Positions 41,606 to 53,865 of a stretch of DNA of 64,000 bases are shown here, one piece after another. Below the pieces are notes generated by a model. The model did not search any database and had not been told where the DNA came from. It saw nothing but the letters and a program-made list of their open reading frames with translations. Location of the stretch: positions 9,336 through 73,335 of the forward strand of contig JACCXN010000072.1 of assembly GCA_013696965.1 (NCBI GenBank), given 5' to 3'. Position 1 is the first letter of the stretch; each line of letters starts with the position of its first letter. Origin of the DNA: Bacteroidota bacterium (GTDB lineage Bacteria; Bacteroidota; Bacteroidia; JACCXN01). Made by a program: the position numbers and the translations under genes.

Positions 41606-41883
41606 TCAGTCCCCCTTCTTTTAAGATAATAGGCAAATGCAATTGTGCTCAAAAATGCTATTAAAGCAAGTATCATTGCAATATCCAGATAGGCAGATTG
41701 GCCAGTGGCAATGCTGTAAACAGAAATAATGGCTATTCCAATTGTTACCAGTAAATCCAAAGCAACAACCCTATCAGTTAAACTAGGTCCTTTTATAAAC
41801 CGTATAACAACTAGCATGATGGCAATTCCCATAATTGGTAAAAAAACGATAACAGATAAATTCTCAATTAATAGTAGATTCAT
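41602..41883 (-). CDS. mrpF: Na+/H+ antiporter subunit F
   Basis: 93 aa, 3 TM helices; position in operon. Confidence 0.75.
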   Translation of the reverse strand: MNLLLIENLSVIVFLPIMGIAIMLVVIRFIKGPSLTDRVVALDLLVTIGIAIISVYSIATGQSAYLDIAMILALIAFLSTIAFAYYLKRRGTE

Positions 41884-42353
41884 CTTAAAACCTCCAATAG
41901 CCTTCTTTCCAGGCCTGATTTGATTTGCTCAATAAATTTTTCAGGGGTAACCAAATACATAGTATGAACATATATTATTTTTTTGTCATCAGAAACATCA
42001 ATGCTTAAGGTGCCAGGGGTAAGGGTTATAAGATTTGCAAGCAAGGTTATTTCTAAATCCGATTCAACTGACAAGGGGACTGCAATGATTGCAGGTTGCA
42101 TTTTAAATTTTGGAGTTATAATATCATAAGTAACTAATACATTAGCTTTTAACAATTCCCGTATAAAGTAAAAAATCAATCCGAAAGCACTGATTAACCT
42201 GGGGAAATAACGGGATGACTTTCCGTAACCTGTAGATATCCACAGCACAAAGAAACTCATTGCAAAACCCAAAATAAAGTTTTGATAAATAAACTCCCCT
42301 GTTAAAACAACCCAAACAAAAGTCAGTAATATGTTAGTTAAAAAGGATCTCAT
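41880..42353 (-). CDS. mrpE: Na+/H+ antiporter subunit E
   Basis: 157 aa; position in operon, overlapping stop/start with neighbours. Confidence 0.75.
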   Translation of the reverse strand: MRSFLTNILLTFVWVVLTGEFIYQNFILGFAMSFFVLWISTGYGKSSRYFPRLISAFGLIFYFIRELLKANVLVTYDIITPKFKMQPAIIAVPLSVESDLEITLLANLITLTPGTLSIDVSDDKKIIYVHTMYLVTPEKFIEQIKSGLERRLLEVLR

Positions 42354-42474
42354 AATAATTCTGGTAAATTCTTGAAACCAACTATTTTGTTCTTAAATTA
42401 AATCTCTTTTTATTCTCAAATTAAAAATTCAGTCTACACTTAGTTCTAAAAAATACAATTTATAATTATTTAAC

Positions 42475-43986
42475 TTACTTTCCTAAAACCTCATTTATAT
42501 AAATCTGAGGATCCATTAATTGTTCTGCTGCTCTTTGTGCAATTGAAATGGCAGTTTCAGCACCAAAGCTAATCAAACCTATTAAGATGCATAACCAGAT
42601 TATTGGTCCAAATATCATTGCTTTTTTCATAAAATTAAATTGTTGATAATTTCCAATAGTATTGAGGCTTTCTTTAGGAGTAGTTTTCCAAAAAGCCTGA
42701 GTCCATATCTTAATCATAGAAAATAATGTTAGAACACTTACAATTAAGGAAATGGCAAGAATTGCATATTGTTCCGTTTCAATGGCCGCTTTCATAAGTA
42801 TAAATTTTCCCCAAAATCCTGAAAGTGGAGGTACACCAGCAAGTGAAAGTGCCGGAATCAGAAACAAAATGGAAAGAAAGGGGAAAGCCTGGTACAATCC
42901 GCCAAGATAATACAATTGATAATGCCCTTTTATTTTATAAATAATTCCACTAACCAGGAATAAAGCATTTTTAACAATAATATTATGAAACATAAAATAA
43001 ATAGCCCCAGCTAGTGCAAGGGGGGTGAAAATGGCTAGTCCCATAATCATATATCCTATTTGGGATATAATATGGAAAGATAGCAACCTCCTTATTTCTG
43101 ATTGTGCCACTGCACCCAAGACACCTGTTACCATGGTAAAACCAGCAATTACCAGGAGTATGAAATGTGTAAAATCAATGTCGTGGATAAAAATAAGGGT
43201 AAAAATGCGAATTAAAGCATATGTACCAACCTTGGTAAGCAAACCCGCAAATATGGCAGAAACTGCTATGGGAGGGGTATGGTAAGATGCAGGAAGCCAA
43301 TAAAACAATGGAAAAACAGCGGCCTTTATTCCAAATGCAATAATAAATAATACAGCCGCAATGTTTATTATTCCTTTATCTTCAAAGGCGGCCACTTTTA
43401 CAGCAATATCAGCCATATTTAATGCACCGGTAATTCCATAAATCATCCCAACAGCAGTTAACAGCATTATGGATGCAAATAAATTCAGAGTAACGTATTT
43501 AATTGCTCCCTCAAGCTGCGCCTTTTCACTTCCTAAAGCTATTAAAACAAACGAAGTGATGAGTATTAATTCAAACCAGACATATAAATTAAACAAATCA
43601 CCAGCTAAAAAGGCGCCTGAAATACCCATCATTAAAAAATAAAATAATGGAAAAAAACCATATTTTATCCTTTGCTTATCCATACTAACCATTGAGTATA
43701 TTGCACCCCCTGACCCAAGAATTCCTGTAACAAGAATCATAATTGCACTATATAAATCTGCTACGAGTGTTATTCCAAAAGGGGCAGGCCAATTGCCTGA
43801 CTGAAAAGTGATAATATCAAAATGATTTACCTGAAGAAAAAGATTAACAGTTGTTCCAAGAAAAATCAATGCGCCAAAAATGTTTAACCATAGCTGTATT
43901 TTTTGTTTCCACCAGAAAAAAATGGATAAAATAGCCACAATACAAGGTACAACTATAGGAAGAATAATACTTATATAACTATTCAT
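42475..43986 (-). CDS. mrpD: Na+/H+ antiporter subunit D (NuoN/NuoL-like proton-pumping fold)
   Basis: 503 aa, about 14 TM helices, complex I antiporter-like repeat. Confidence 0.8.
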   Translation of the reverse strand: MNSYISIILPIVVPCIVAILSIFFWWKQKIQLWLNIFGALIFLGTTVNLFLQVNHFDIITFQSGNWPAPFGITLVADLYSAIMILVTGILGSGGAIYSMVSMDKQRIKYGFFPLFYFLMMGISGAFLAGDLFNLYVWFELILITSFVLIALGSEKAQLEGAIKYVTLNLFASIMLLTAVGMIYGITGALNMADIAVKVAAFEDKGIINIAAVLFIIAFGIKAAVFPLFYWLPASYHTPPIAVSAIFAGLLTKVGTYALIRIFTLIFIHDIDFTHFILLVIAGFTMVTGVLGAVAQSEIRRLLSFHIISQIGYMIMGLAIFTPLALAGAIYFMFHNIIVKNALFLVSGIIYKIKGHYQLYYLGGLYQAFPFLSILFLIPALSLAGVPPLSGFWGKFILMKAAIETEQYAILAISLIVSVLTLFSMIKIWTQAFWKTTPKESLNTIGNYQQFNFMKKAMIFGPIIWLCILIGLISFGAETAISIAQRAAEQLMDPQIYINEVLGK

Positions 43987-44351
43987 TCTCCGAATTCGAT
44001 TAATTCCTGATCCGTTGTAATTAATTCATCCAAATCATCTGTTTGAGATCCCTGATAAACTTTTTTAATTAATACAATTGCAAAAGCTTGTACACCAAAA
44101 CTAATAACTATAGCTGTTAAAATAAGTGCATGCGGAACAGGATCTGCGTAAAGTTCTTTAAGAACTTCAGAAGATTCTTCAATAAGCGGTGGCGTTCCTC
44201 TGGTAATACGACTGATAACAAAAATAAATAAATTTGCGCCATGTGAAAGCAAAATTAAACCAATAATAAGTTTAACTATACTCCTTCTAAGCATCATATA
44301 CATTCCTCCGGCATAGAGTATTCCAACGATAACGGCTAAAAATAAATTCAT
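43983..44351 (-). CDS. mrpC: Na+/H+ antiporter subunit C (NuoK-like)
   Basis: 122 aa; NuoK-like three-helix pattern. Confidence 0.8.
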   Translation of the reverse strand: MNLFLAVIVGILYAGGMYMMLRRSIVKLIIGLILLSHGANLFIFVISRITRGTPPLIEESSEVLKELYADPVPHALILTAIVISFGVQAFAIVLIKKVYQGSQTDDLDELITTDQELIEFGE

Positions 44352-44356
44352 ACTTT

Positions 44357-44764
44357 TTAATCTTCTGCAAGTGAAAAAACAATAGTATTGGTAACTCCAA
44401 ATACAACAAGGAAAACACCAACATCAAACAACAATGGGGTACTAAGTTTTCCGAAGGCTGGAATATGAAAATCTGACCATAATCCAGTTAAAAACGGCAA
44501 TTGAAAAAACAAGGGCAGAATACCTGAGCCTACTGCGAAACTTAATCCTGTTGCAATGAATATTCCCGGTTTAACTTGTAATGTAGCAGTTGCATATTTT
44601 ACTCCATTTGCAATTGTATATAAAGCAAATGCAGTTGAAGCTACCAATCCCCCTACAAATCCACCACCGGGCTCATTGTGCCCTCTTATCAATAAAAAAA
44701 TTGAAAACAATAGCAGCAATGGTAACAAAAACCTAGAAGCTGTTGTAAATAATTTTGATTTCAT
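44357..44764 (-). CDS. mrpB: Na+/H+ antiporter subunit B
   Basis: 135 aa, 4 TM helices; position in operon. Confidence 0.75.
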   Translation of the reverse strand: MKSKLFTTASRFLLPLLLLFSIFLLIRGHNEPGGGFVGGLVASTAFALYTIANGVKYATATLQVKPGIFIATGLSFAVGSGILPLFFQLPFLTGLWSDFHIPAFGKLSTPLLFDVGVFLVVFGVTNTIVFSLAED

Positions 44765-44872
44765 TATTAAAAGTTAAGTTTATCCTTGTTAAAAAATGGC
44801 GAACTGTTTAAAATTTTGTCTTAAAGTTAAATATTTGCGGTTATAAAATAGAATTGGTTAAAAACGGATTTA

Positions 44873-47170
44873 TCATTGTTTTTCATCAAGCTTAAGTTTT
44901 AAAAGGGCATAAACACCTATTGCGGCAACCGCTAATACAGTAATTTCAACTAGTGTATCAAGACTTCTGAAATCAACCAGAATTACATTTACTACATTTC
45001 TTCCTTTTGCAAGCAAGTAACTATTTTGTGCAAAAAAAGTTCTTAATCCCGCATCTGAGGGCTTTGCTGAAACATAGAAAATTATAAATGTGAGTAAAGC
45101 TCCGGTTGTGAGTGCAATGAGCATATCCCTAATGCGCACATAAATAGTTGACATTGTTGAGAATGTTGGGAGTTTATAAAGTATCAAAACAAAAAGAATA
45201 ACTGTAAGCGTATCAATTGTGAACTGAGTCATTGCAATATCAGGAGCGCCAAAAAGTACAAATATCAGCGCAAGCCCATAACCAGCAAGACCAAGGGAGG
45301 CTACGGCCATTAATCTTGATTTTGTAATAACAATTGAAATTGATGCTATAACAATGGTAATTCCAAGAAAAAACTCGTAGATCATTAGATCTTTAAGATA
45401 AAATTCAATTGGAGGGGAAATATACATGAATAGGGTAATTACTAATAAAAGCAGCAAGAACAATATTATAGCCAAAAGGTAATGCCTTAAATATCCATTT
45501 TGAATTGCCTTTGTTTGAAGCCAGGAAAATTTAAGCAAAGCATTTATTAATTGTTCATACCATTTTTCAGGCCCTATATTAAAAAGAATGTTTAAATATG
45601 GATTTTTTTTAAGTCTGTAAAGCCTAAGAAAATACAAACCAACCCCTAAGGTTACTGTCAACACACTTAAAAACAACATTACATTTAATCCATGCCAGAG
45701 CTCTAATTGCACTTGTGTTTTAACATTCAAAATAGCACTAACTGATTGAGTAATGAAAACATTAGCCACTACTTGAGGAAAAACACCTGCAAAAAGGCCT
45801 GCCAGGGCTAGAACAGCGGGTCCAAACCAAAGTAAAAAAGGAACATTTAAAGGAAGCTTAGGGGCAGAAGTTTTACCCATAAAAGGTTTGATGCCAACTT
45901 GAATTGCAGTTACAACAAGTAGTATATTTGATAAAACAGCAAGTCCAATGAAAAAATAAGAGCTTTGTTCGCCAACTGCAATAGCAGCTTCGTAAATTAA
46001 TTCCTTTCCAATAAACCCTATTAAAGGCGGTACACCTGAATAAGATAAGGCAGCAAAAATTCCTGCCAGGCCTACTAACGGCATATATTTAAACAGTCCT
46101 CCAAGCTTTGAAATATCCCTACTAGTAGTTAAATAATCTACATTTCCTACTACCAAAAACAAAGCGCCTTTATAAAGGGAATGAATAATTAAAAAGGACA
46201 TTGCAGCTTTAATAGCAACTTCCCCTCCGATACCTATAAGCAGTACAAGCATTCCCAATGAGCTAACAGTTGAGTAGGCCAGAATTTTTTTCATATCAGT
46301 TTGAAGTACTGCCATTATTGCCCCTGTAAGCATTGTTATAGCACCAATATTCATCAATAGATTACTCCATAACACAGTTTCCCCTAAAACAGGGCTCAAT
46401 CTTGCAAGTAAATAAATACCCACCTTAACCATTGTTGCTGAATGAAGGTATGCGCTAACAGGAGTTGGTGCAGCCATTGCATTTGGCAGCCAAAAATGAA
46501 AAGGAAACTGAGCTGATTTAGTAAATGCTCCAATAGAAACCAAAAGTAAAATTGGAACGTAAGCCCCATCAGTGCGAATAAACTGAGAATTATTCAACAT
46601 TTCTGAAAGTTCATAAGTTCCTATCCTCTCACCCAGAATTATCATTCCTGCAAGCAACAATAAGCCTCCACCAGCTGTTACCAGCAAAGCTTGAAGGGCC
46701 GATTTTCTGGAATCTTCATCCTGATGTTTATGTCCGATAAGAAAAAAGGAACTAATGCTTGTAATTTCCCAAAAAATAAATAAACAAATAATATTCCCTG
46801 CCAAAACAAGTCCAAGCATGGATGCCATGAAAAGCAGAATAAATAAATAAAATCTTCCAGCATGCTTGTCATTTTTCATGTATTCACTGGAAAAAAGCAT
46901 AACCAGGAAACCGATGAAAGTAATCATAATAGCAAACAGTATACTTAGGCCATCTGCATAAAAAGAAATATTAATTTGCAAAACAGGTACCCAATTATAA
47001 AACTCAACTTCAGGATCGCCTTTAATAATTTGGGGTAAAAGAATAAGCAGGTAAATTAAAAAAAGCAATGGATAAAAGGAAAACATTACCAATGCTAGCC
47101 TTTTGGAAAATTTATATAAAGCAGGAGCAAGCAATGCAAGGGTTATTCCTAATATAATAAGAAAAAACAT
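44873..47170 (-). CDS. mrpA: Na+/H+ antiporter subunit A (NuoL-like with C-terminal MrpB-like domain)
   Basis: 765 aa polytopic, NuoL-type antiporter core. Confidence 0.85.
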   Translation of the reverse strand: MFFLIILGITLALLAPALYKFSKRLALVMFSFYPLLFLIYLLILLPQIIKGDPEVEFYNWVPVLQINISFYADGLSILFAIMITFIGFLVMLFSSEYMKNDKHAGRFYLFILLFMASMLGLVLAGNIICLFIFWEITSISSFFLIGHKHQDEDSRKSALQALLVTAGGGLLLLAGMIILGERIGTYELSEMLNNSQFIRTDGAYVPILLLVSIGAFTKSAQFPFHFWLPNAMAAPTPVSAYLHSATMVKVGIYLLARLSPVLGETVLWSNLLMNIGAITMLTGAIMAVLQTDMKKILAYSTVSSLGMLVLLIGIGGEVAIKAAMSFLIIHSLYKGALFLVVGNVDYLTTSRDISKLGGLFKYMPLVGLAGIFAALSYSGVPPLIGFIGKELIYEAAIAVGEQSSYFFIGLAVLSNILLVVTAIQVGIKPFMGKTSAPKLPLNVPFLLWFGPAVLALAGLFAGVFPQVVANVFITQSVSAILNVKTQVQLELWHGLNVMLFLSVLTVTLGVGLYFLRLYRLKKNPYLNILFNIGPEKWYEQLINALLKFSWLQTKAIQNGYLRHYLLAIILFLLLLLVITLFMYISPPIEFYLKDLMIYEFFLGITIVIASISIVITKSRLMAVASLGLAGYGLALIFVLFGAPDIAMTQFTIDTLTVILFVLILYKLPTFSTMSTIYVRIRDMLIALTTGALLTFIIFYVSAKPSDAGLRTFFAQNSYLLAKGRNVVNVILVDFRSLDTLVEITVLAVAAIGVYALLKLKLDEKQ

Positions 47171-47309
47171 ATTCTTGTATTTAAGTATTTAATCTATTTT
47201 CTGATGAGCTTATGCCTCTAATATACTGAAATTGCATATAAAAATGTAATCTTTTTAATTTTTAATCTATATTTGAAAATCCATTTTTTATACAAAAAAT
47301 CATAAAACT

Positions 47310-48128
47310 ATGTCTAACAATTTATTAAAAGGAAAAAGAGGAATAATATTCGGAGCGCTTGATGAAAAATCCATTGCCTGGAAGGTTGCAGAAAGGGCTT
47401 ATGAGGAAGGCGCAATATTTACATTAACAAATGCCCCAATAGCGTTAAGAATGGGAGCTATAAATCAACTGGCTGAAAAATGTAAAACAACAGTTATTCC
47501 AGCTGATGCCACCTCGGTTGAAGATTTGGAAAACCTTTTTAAAGTATCCATGGAACAAATGGGGGGGAAGGTAGATTTCGTGTTGCATTCAATAGGAATG
47601 TCACCAAATGTTAGAAAAGGAAGACATTATACAGATAGTAATTATGAGTTTTTTCTTAAAACCCTTGACATTTCGGCATTGTCCTTTCATAAGGTATTAC
47701 AAACTGCTATGAAACTTGATGCTATTAATGATTGGGGATCTGTTTTAGGTTTAAGTTATATTGCAGCGCAAAGAGTTTTTCCGGATTATAATGATATGGC
47801 AGATGCAAAATCCCTACTTGAATCTATTGCAAGAAGCTTTGGGTATCATTATGGCATAAAAAGGAAAATAAGGGTTAATACCATTTCACAATCTCCAACA
47901 GTTACAACAGCTGGAAGCGGGGTGAAGGGTTTTGAAAAGTTTTTTGATTATGCTAATAAAATGTCTCCTCTAGGAAATGCTCCGGCAGTAGATTGTGCTA
48001 ATTTCTGTGTTTCTATGTTCTCAGACTTCACACGTTATGTAACTATGCAAAATTTGATGCATGATGGTGGTTTTTCCAATACAGGGATAAGTGAGGAAGT
48101 AATGAACCATTTTGGTACAAATAAATAG
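47310..48128 (+). CDS. fabI: enoyl-[acyl-carrier-protein] reductase (NADH), FabI-type SDR
   Basis: LKGKRGIIFGALDEKSIAWKVAERAYEEGA N-terminus and Y..MAD..K active-site spacing typical of FabI. Confidence 0.7.
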   Translation: MSNNLLKGKRGIIFGALDEKSIAWKVAERAYEEGAIFTLTNAPIALRMGAINQLAEKCKTTVIPADATSVEDLENLFKVSMEQMGGKVDFVLHSIGMSPNVRKGRHYTDSNYEFFLKTLDISALSFHKVLQTAMKLDAINDWGSVLGLSYIAAQRVFPDYNDMADAKSLLESIARSFGYHYGIKRKIRVNTISQSPTVTTAGSGVKGFEKFFDYANKMSPLGNAPAVDCANFCVSMFSDFTRYVTMQNLMHDGGFSNTGISEEVMNHFGTNK

Positions 48129-48156
48129 GGGAGAAGCAGATAAAATACGATAATCA

Positions 48157-48214
48157 AAATAGGTATAAAAAAGAAACCCGGTCCAAATGGCCGGGTTTCT
48201 TTTTTATACCTATT
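48157..48214. terminator. bidirectional rho-independent terminator between convergent fabI and clpC
   Basis: perfect 24-nt-arm inverted repeat AATAGGTATAAAAAAGAAACCCGG-TCCAAATGG-CCGGGTTTCTTTTTTATACCTATT, flanked by A- and T-runs for both strands. Confidence 0.8.
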
Positions 48215-48231
48215 TGAATTAAATCTTAAAA

Positions 48232-50778
48232 CTAATCTTTTTCTTTCTCATCATCCGCCTTAGTTTTTCTTTTTTTAGGTTTAGTTATTTTAATTGAAAT
48301 TTCAGTTTTTTCCTTGTCAAAATCAACAAGAATAGAATCACCTTCAGCAAGATTTGATTTTATTATTTCCTCTGCAAGTGGATCTTCAATGTATTTTTGA
48401 ACGGCCCTTTTTAAGTGACGAGCACCAAATGCTTCATCAAAACCTTTATCAGCAATGAAATCTTTAGCTTCTTCTGAAATTTTAATTTCATAACCTAGTT
48501 GAAGGATTCTTTTGAATAAGCTATTTAATTCAATATCAATAATTTTATGAATATCCTCTCTGGACAAATGGTTAAACATCACAATATCATCAATCCTGTT
48601 AAGGAATTCAGGTGAAAATGCTTTTTTCAATGCACCTTCTACAACATTTTTAGCATAAACTTCAGATCCCCCTTGTTTAGCCGAAGTAGAAAATCCTACT
48701 CCTTGTCCAAAATCCTTTAATTGACGAGAGCCAATGTTGGAGGTCATGATGATAATAGTGTTTTTAAAATCAATTTTTCTACCTAAACTATCTGTTAACT
48801 GTCCGTCATCTAGAGCTTGCAGTAAAAGGTTGAAAACATCAGGATGTGCTTTTTCAATTTCATCCAGCAATACAACTGCATAAGGTCTTCTTCTTACTTT
48901 TTCAGTAAGTTGTCCGCCTTCTTCGTAACCTACATATCCCGGAGGTGCTCCAACAAGCCTTGATAAGGCAAATTTTTCCATGTACTCACTCATGTCAATT
49001 CTAATGAGTGCATCTTCATTATCAAACAAATACCTTGAAAGCACTTTAGCAAGTTGTGTTTTTCCAACCCCGGTAGGGCCAAGGAAAATAAAAGAACCAA
49101 TAGGTTTATTAGGATCCTTAAGTCCGGCACGATTTCGTTGAATAGCCTTTACAACTTTTTTCAAAGCCTCATCCTGTCCAATAACTGCCTCCCTCATCTC
49201 ATCCATCATTTTTGAAAGCTTATTGCTTTCATTCTGTGCCACACGTTGCACAGGAATTCCACTCATCATAGAAACAACTTCTGCAACATTGTCCTCACTT
49301 ACAACTTCTCTATGTGTACGTGTTTCTTCTTCCCATGCTTTTTTTGCTGCTTCCAATTGTTCTTGCAACTGTCTTTCAGTATCCCTTAAACGAGCTGCTT
49401 CTTCATACTTTTGGCTTCTAACAACTTTGTTTTTTTGTTCTTTTATATCTTCAATTTTCTTTTCAATCTCAATAACATTCTTTGGAACATTAATATTCTT
49501 AATATGAACCCGTGAGCCTGATTCATCCAGGGCATCAATGGCTTTATCTGGCAGATGCCTGTCGGTAATGTATCTTTGTGTTAAAGTAACACAAGCTGAA
49601 ATGGCCTCATCAGTATAAACAACGTTGTGGTGATCCTCGTACTTGCTTTTAATGTTGTGAAGAATTTGTATGGTTTCTTCAACAGAGGTTGGTTCAATCA
49701 ATACTTTTTGAAACCTTCTTTCCAGCGCCCCGTCCTTTTCAATATACTGTCTGTATTCGTCAAGAGTGGTAGCTCCTATACATTGAATTTCGCCTCTTGC
49801 AAGGGCTGGTTTAAACATGTTGGAAGCATCAAGTGATCCAGAAGCACCACCCGCACCAATTATGGTATGAATTTCATCAATAAATAAAATAACATCAGGA
49901 TTTTTCTCCAGTTCATTCATTACTGCTTTCATTCTTTCTTCAAACTGTCCACGGTATTTAGTACCGGCAACAAGAGAAGCCAAATCAAGAGAAACAATGC
50001 GCTTATCAAAAAGCACTCTGGATACTTTTCTTTGAACAATTCTTAAAGCAAGACCTTCTGCAATAGCGGATTTACCAACACCTGGCTCTCCAATTAAAAT
50101 AGGATTGTTTTTCTTTCTGCGACTCAAAATTTGAGAAACCCTTTCAATTTCTTTTTCACGACCTACAATAGGATCAAGTCTTCCCTCATCTGCTGCTTTA
50201 GTCAAATCTCTTCCAAAATTATCCAAAACGGGAGTCTTGGATTTGGAATCAGCCACTTTTTTTGCACCACCTGAAAAACCGGAAGACTCTTCTGGATCAT
50301 CATCATCAGCTTGATTTCCGGGCATTTCTGATTTCGGATTAAAATTATTCATAATATCTAATTCCTCCTTTACAAGTTCGTAAGTAATATTCATTTGATT
50401 AAGTGACCTGGTAGCAACGCTGTCTTCATCTTTTAAAATAGAAAGCAATAAGTGTTCTGTTCCAATCACAGAACTTTTCATCAATTTGGCTTCAAGGTAG
50501 GTGATTTTCAATACTTTTTCTGCCTGCTTTACCAATGGAATATTGCCTGCAGCAGGACTTTTACCTGTGTTTACTTTTGTTGAATGTTCCACAGTTTTTC
50601 TTAAATCTGATAAATCAACATTAAGACTTTTCAATACTTTTATAGCCATTCCATCACCCTCTCTAATAATTCCTAGCAAGAGATGTTCCGTACCTATATA
50701 ATCATGTCCTAATCTTAAAGCTTCTTCTCTGCTAAAGTTAATTACCTCTTTAACACGTGGGGAAAATTTCTGATCCAT
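48232..50778 (-). CDS. clpC: ATP-dependent Clp protease ATP-binding subunit ClpC
   Basis: two N-terminal Clp-N repeats, two AAA+ modules ([16 protein letters not shown]), 848 aa. Confidence 0.9.
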   Translation of the reverse strand: MDQKFSPRVKEVINFSREEALRLGHDYIGTEHLLLGIIREGDGMAIKVLKSLNVDLSDLRKTVEHSTKVNTGKSPAAGNIPLVKQAEKVLKITYLEAKLMKSSVIGTEHLLLSILKDEDSVATRSLNQMNITYELVKEELDIMNNFNPKSEMPGNQADDDDPEESSGFSGGAKKVADSKSKTPVLDNFGRDLTKAADEGRLDPIVGREKEIERVSQILSRRKKNNPILIGEPGVGKSAIAEGLALRIVQRKVSRVLFDKRIVSLDLASLVAGTKYRGQFEERMKAVMNELEKNPDVILFIDEIHTIIGAGGASGSLDASNMFKPALARGEIQCIGATTLDEYRQYIEKDGALERRFQKVLIEPTSVEETIQILHNIKSKYEDHHNVVYTDEAISACVTLTQRYITDRHLPDKAIDALDESGSRVHIKNINVPKNVIEIEKKIEDIKEQKNKVVRSQKYEEAARLRDTERQLQEQLEAAKKAWEEETRTHREVVSEDNVAEVVSMMSGIPVQRVAQNESNKLSKMMDEMREAVIGQDEALKKVVKAIQRNRAGLKDPNKPIGSFIFLGPTGVGKTQLAKVLSRYLFDNEDALIRIDMSEYMEKFALSRLVGAPPGYVGYEEGGQLTEKVRRRPYAVVLLDEIEKAHPDVFNLLLQALDDGQLTDSLGRKIDFKNTIIIMTSNIGSRQLKDFGQGVGFSTSAKQGGSEVYAKNVVEGALKKAFSPEFLNRIDDIVMFNHLSREDIHKIIDIELNSLFKRILQLGYEIKISEEAKDFIADKGFDEAFGARHLKRAVQKYIEDPLAEEIIKSNLAEGDSILVDFDKEKTEISIKITKPKKRKTKADDEKEKD

Positions 50779-51105
50779 AATTTTTTATTCTATTGTTTAT
50801 TATACTATTTTTTTAATTAATGTGTTTGATTAATTATAAATTAAAACGTTCTTTTTACGATTGAGGTATGTTAAATATAGTTAAAAATAAAACAACTCAA
50901 ATTTAAAGAACAATTATTCTTGAAATAGTTTATTAATGGCTTTTTATCAACAGAATTTTGTTAGTAATTAAGTGCATTTTCACAATTGCCTGCATTAATT
51001 TTAACTATTTTCGGAACTTCAAAAAGCTTATAAATTTTATACAAATATAAGGATTTCTGAACATTTGCATTATGCTAATAAAAAACAATAAAATAATATA
51101 AAAAC

Positions 51106-53691
51106 ATGGCAGAAGAAGAAGGAAAAATTATCAATATAAATATTGAGGATGAAATGAAAACCGCTTACATTGATTATTCAATGTCGGTAATTGTTTCCAG
51201 GGCTCTTCCTGATGTAAGAGACGGATTAAAGCCTGTTCATCGCAGAGTCCTTTACGGAATGCTGGATCTTGGTGTTTTATCAAACCGTGCACATAAAAAA
51301 TCTGCAAGGATAGTAGGTGAGGTTTTAGGTAAATATCATCCCCATGGTGATACATCGGTATATGATGCTATGGTGCGTATGGCCCAGGAATGGTCACTTC
51401 GCTACCCTTTGGTAGACGGACAAGGAAACTTCGGTTCAATTGATGGTGATAGCCCTGCTGCAATGCGTTATACCGAAGCAAGATTGAAAAAAATTGCTGA
51501 GGAAATGGTTGCAGATATTGACAAGGAAACCGTTGATTTCAGGCTGAATTTTGATGATTCACTCGAGGAACCAACAGTTCTTCCTGCACGAATTCCTAAT
51601 TTGTTAATTAATGGAGCTTCTGGTATTGCCGTTGGTATGGCAACTAACATGCCTCCGCATAATCTTACAGAGGTAATAAATGCAACAGTTGCATACATCG
51701 ACAACAGGGAAATAGACATAGCTGGATTGATGCAATATGTTAAAGCTCCTGATTTTCCAACCGGAGGTACCATTTATGGTTATGAAGGGGTAAAAGATGC
51801 TTTTGAAACAGGGAGAGGGCGTGTTGTAATGCGTGCTAAATCTCATATTGAAAATGAAAATGGCAGAGATCAAATTGTTGTAACCGAAATACCTTATATG
51901 GTAAATAAGGCTGAAATGATTAAAAAAACAGCCGAGCTAGTAGAAGATAAGAAAATTGAAGGTATATCGGATATGCGCGATGAGTCGGACAGGGACGGTA
52001 TGCGAATTGTATATGAGCTTAAGCGTGATGCAATTACCAATGTTGTATTAAACAAGTTGTTTAAATACACCCAACTCCAAACTTCATTTAGTGTTAACAA
52101 CATTGCCCTTGTAAAAGGAAGGCCAATGATGCTTAATTTAAAAGATATGCTTGTTCATTTTGTTGATCACAGGCATGAAGTTGTTGTAAGAAGAACTCAA
52201 TACGAACTAAAGGAAGCTCAAAAAAGGGCGCATATTCTTGAAGGATTATTAATTGCGCTTGACCATTTAGATGAAGTAATTAAGCTAATTCGCGCTTCAA
52301 GAACCCCAGAAGATGCAAGAAACGGGCTAATGGGCCAGTTCGGGCTAAGTGAAATCCAAGCCAGGGCTATTCTTGATTTGAGATTACAAAAGTTAACCGG
52401 ACTTGAACGCGATAATATTAAAGCAGAACATGCTGAGTTAATGAAGCAAATCAATTATTACCAGGAAATTTTAGGTAATGAAGGCCTAAGAATGGAAATT
52501 ATAAAAACAGAATTAATCGAAATACGTGATAAATATGGTGATGAAAGAAGGACTGACATTGTATATGCAGCTGATGATTTCCGTATTGAAGACATGATTG
52601 CTGATGAGGCTGTTGTTATTACTATTTCTCATCTTGGTTATATTAAAAGGACTGCTCTTTCAGAATACCGTGTACAAAGCAGGGGAGGAAGAGGTTCTAA
52701 AGGCAGTGCCACGCGTGATGAGGATTTCCTTGAACATATATTCATTGCAACTGCCCATAACTATATGCTTTTCTTTACTGAACAAGGCAAATGTTTTTGG
52801 TTAAGGGTATTTGAAATTCCTGAAGGAACTAAGACTTCAAAAGGAAGAGCCATTCAAAATTTAGTTAATATCGGGCCAGATGATAAGGTAAAGGCTTTTA
52901 TTAATGTGAAGGATCTTACTGATCAGGAATATATCAAAAATAACTACATAATTATGTGTACCGAGAAAGGTGTGATTAAGAAAACCACACTTGAGGCTTA
53001 TTCCAGGCCAAGGGTAAATGGTATTAATGCCATTACTGTTCGTGAAGGCGATCATTTACTTGGGGCAAGATTGACCAACGGTAAAAATGAAATTATTATG
53101 GCATTGCGTTCTGGTAGAGCAATCCGTTTTAATGAGGAGAAAGTTAGGCCAATGGGTAGAAATGCATCAGGAGTAAGAGGAGTAAGGCTAAAGGATGAAA
53201 AAGATGCGGTAGTGGGTATGATATGCGTTTCTGATCTTACATCTACAGTTTTGGTTGTATCTGAAAAAGGATACGGAAAACGTACTGATGTAGAGGATTA
53301 TAGAATTACTAACCGTGGAGGTAAAGGTGTTAAAACCTTGAATGTAACTGAAAAAACAGGTGAACTAATTGCAATTAAACTTGTAAGCGATGAGGAAGAT
53401 TTGATGATTATTACCAAGTCTGGTGTTGTAATCAGAACACCGGTTTCTGAATTAAGGGTAATGGGAAGAGCCACACAAGGGGTAAGGTTGATAAATTTAA
53501 AAGGTAATGCAAGTATAGCAGCAGTTACAAATGTTCCCCATGAGGATGAGGAGCAGGAAATAATTGTAACTGATGATGGAATTGTAGTGGATTTAGGACC
53601 ATCAATTGACACAACACCTGATAATAATGGATCCAGTGGAAATGAACCTGAGACAGACGAATCAGAAGAAGAAAATCCAGAGGTTGAATAA
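51106..53691 (+). CDS. gyrA: DNA gyrase subunit A
   Basis: [27 protein letters not shown], active-site Tyr region, C-terminal beta-pinwheel repeats, acidic tail. Confidence 0.95.
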   Translation: MAEEEGKIININIEDEMKTAYIDYSMSVIVSRALPDVRDGLKPVHRRVLYGMLDLGVLSNRAHKKSARIVGEVLGKYHPHGDTSVYDAMVRMAQEWSLRYPLVDGQGNFGSIDGDSPAAMRYTEARLKKIAEEMVADIDKETVDFRLNFDDSLEEPTVLPARIPNLLINGASGIAVGMATNMPPHNLTEVINATVAYIDNREIDIAGLMQYVKAPDFPTGGTIYGYEGVKDAFETGRGRVVMRAKSHIENENGRDQIVVTEIPYMVNKAEMIKKTAELVEDKKIEGISDMRDESDRDGMRIVYELKRDAITNVVLNKLFKYTQLQTSFSVNNIALVKGRPMMLNLKDMLVHFVDHRHEVVVRRTQYELKEAQKRAHILEGLLIALDHLDEVIKLIRASRTPEDARNGLMGQFGLSEIQARAILDLRLQKLTGLERDNIKAEHAELMKQINYYQEILGNEGLRMEIIKTELIEIRDKYGDERRTDIVYAADDFRIEDMIADEAVVITISHLGYIKRTALSEYRVQSRGGRGSKGSATRDEDFLEHIFIATAHNYMLFFTEQGKCFWLRVFEIPEGTKTSKGRAIQNLVNIGPDDKVKAFINVKDLTDQEYIKNNYIIMCTEKGVIKKTTLEAYSRPRVNGINAITVREGDHLLGARLTNGKNEIIMALRSGRAIRFNEEKVRPMGRNASGVRGVRLKDEKDAVVGMICVSDLTSTVLVVSEKGYGKRTDVEDYRITNRGGKGVKTLNVTEKTGELIAIKLVSDEEDLMIITKSGVVIRTPVSELRVMGRATQGVRLINLKGNASIAAVTNVPHEDEEQEIIVTDDGIVVDLGPSIDTTPDNNGSSGNEPETDESEEENPEVE

Positions 53692-53702
53692 TTCTTTTTA
53701 AT

Positions 53703-53748
53703 ACTAAAAGAGAGGTTGAATCTATGGATTCAGCCTCTTTTTTAGTAT
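53703..53748 (+). terminator. rho-independent terminator after gyrA
   Basis: AGAGAGGTTGAATC-TATGG-ATTCAGCCTCT followed by T6. Confidence 0.65.
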
Positions 53749-53865
53749 TAATTTTTCAAAGACTATGAAAATGGCATAAAAAGTGAGAACTTTAACACCT
53801 GAAATTAAAAACCCACGTTTGTAATTTTTAATTATTAAGATAAAGGAAGAATTAAAAAAGATTTT

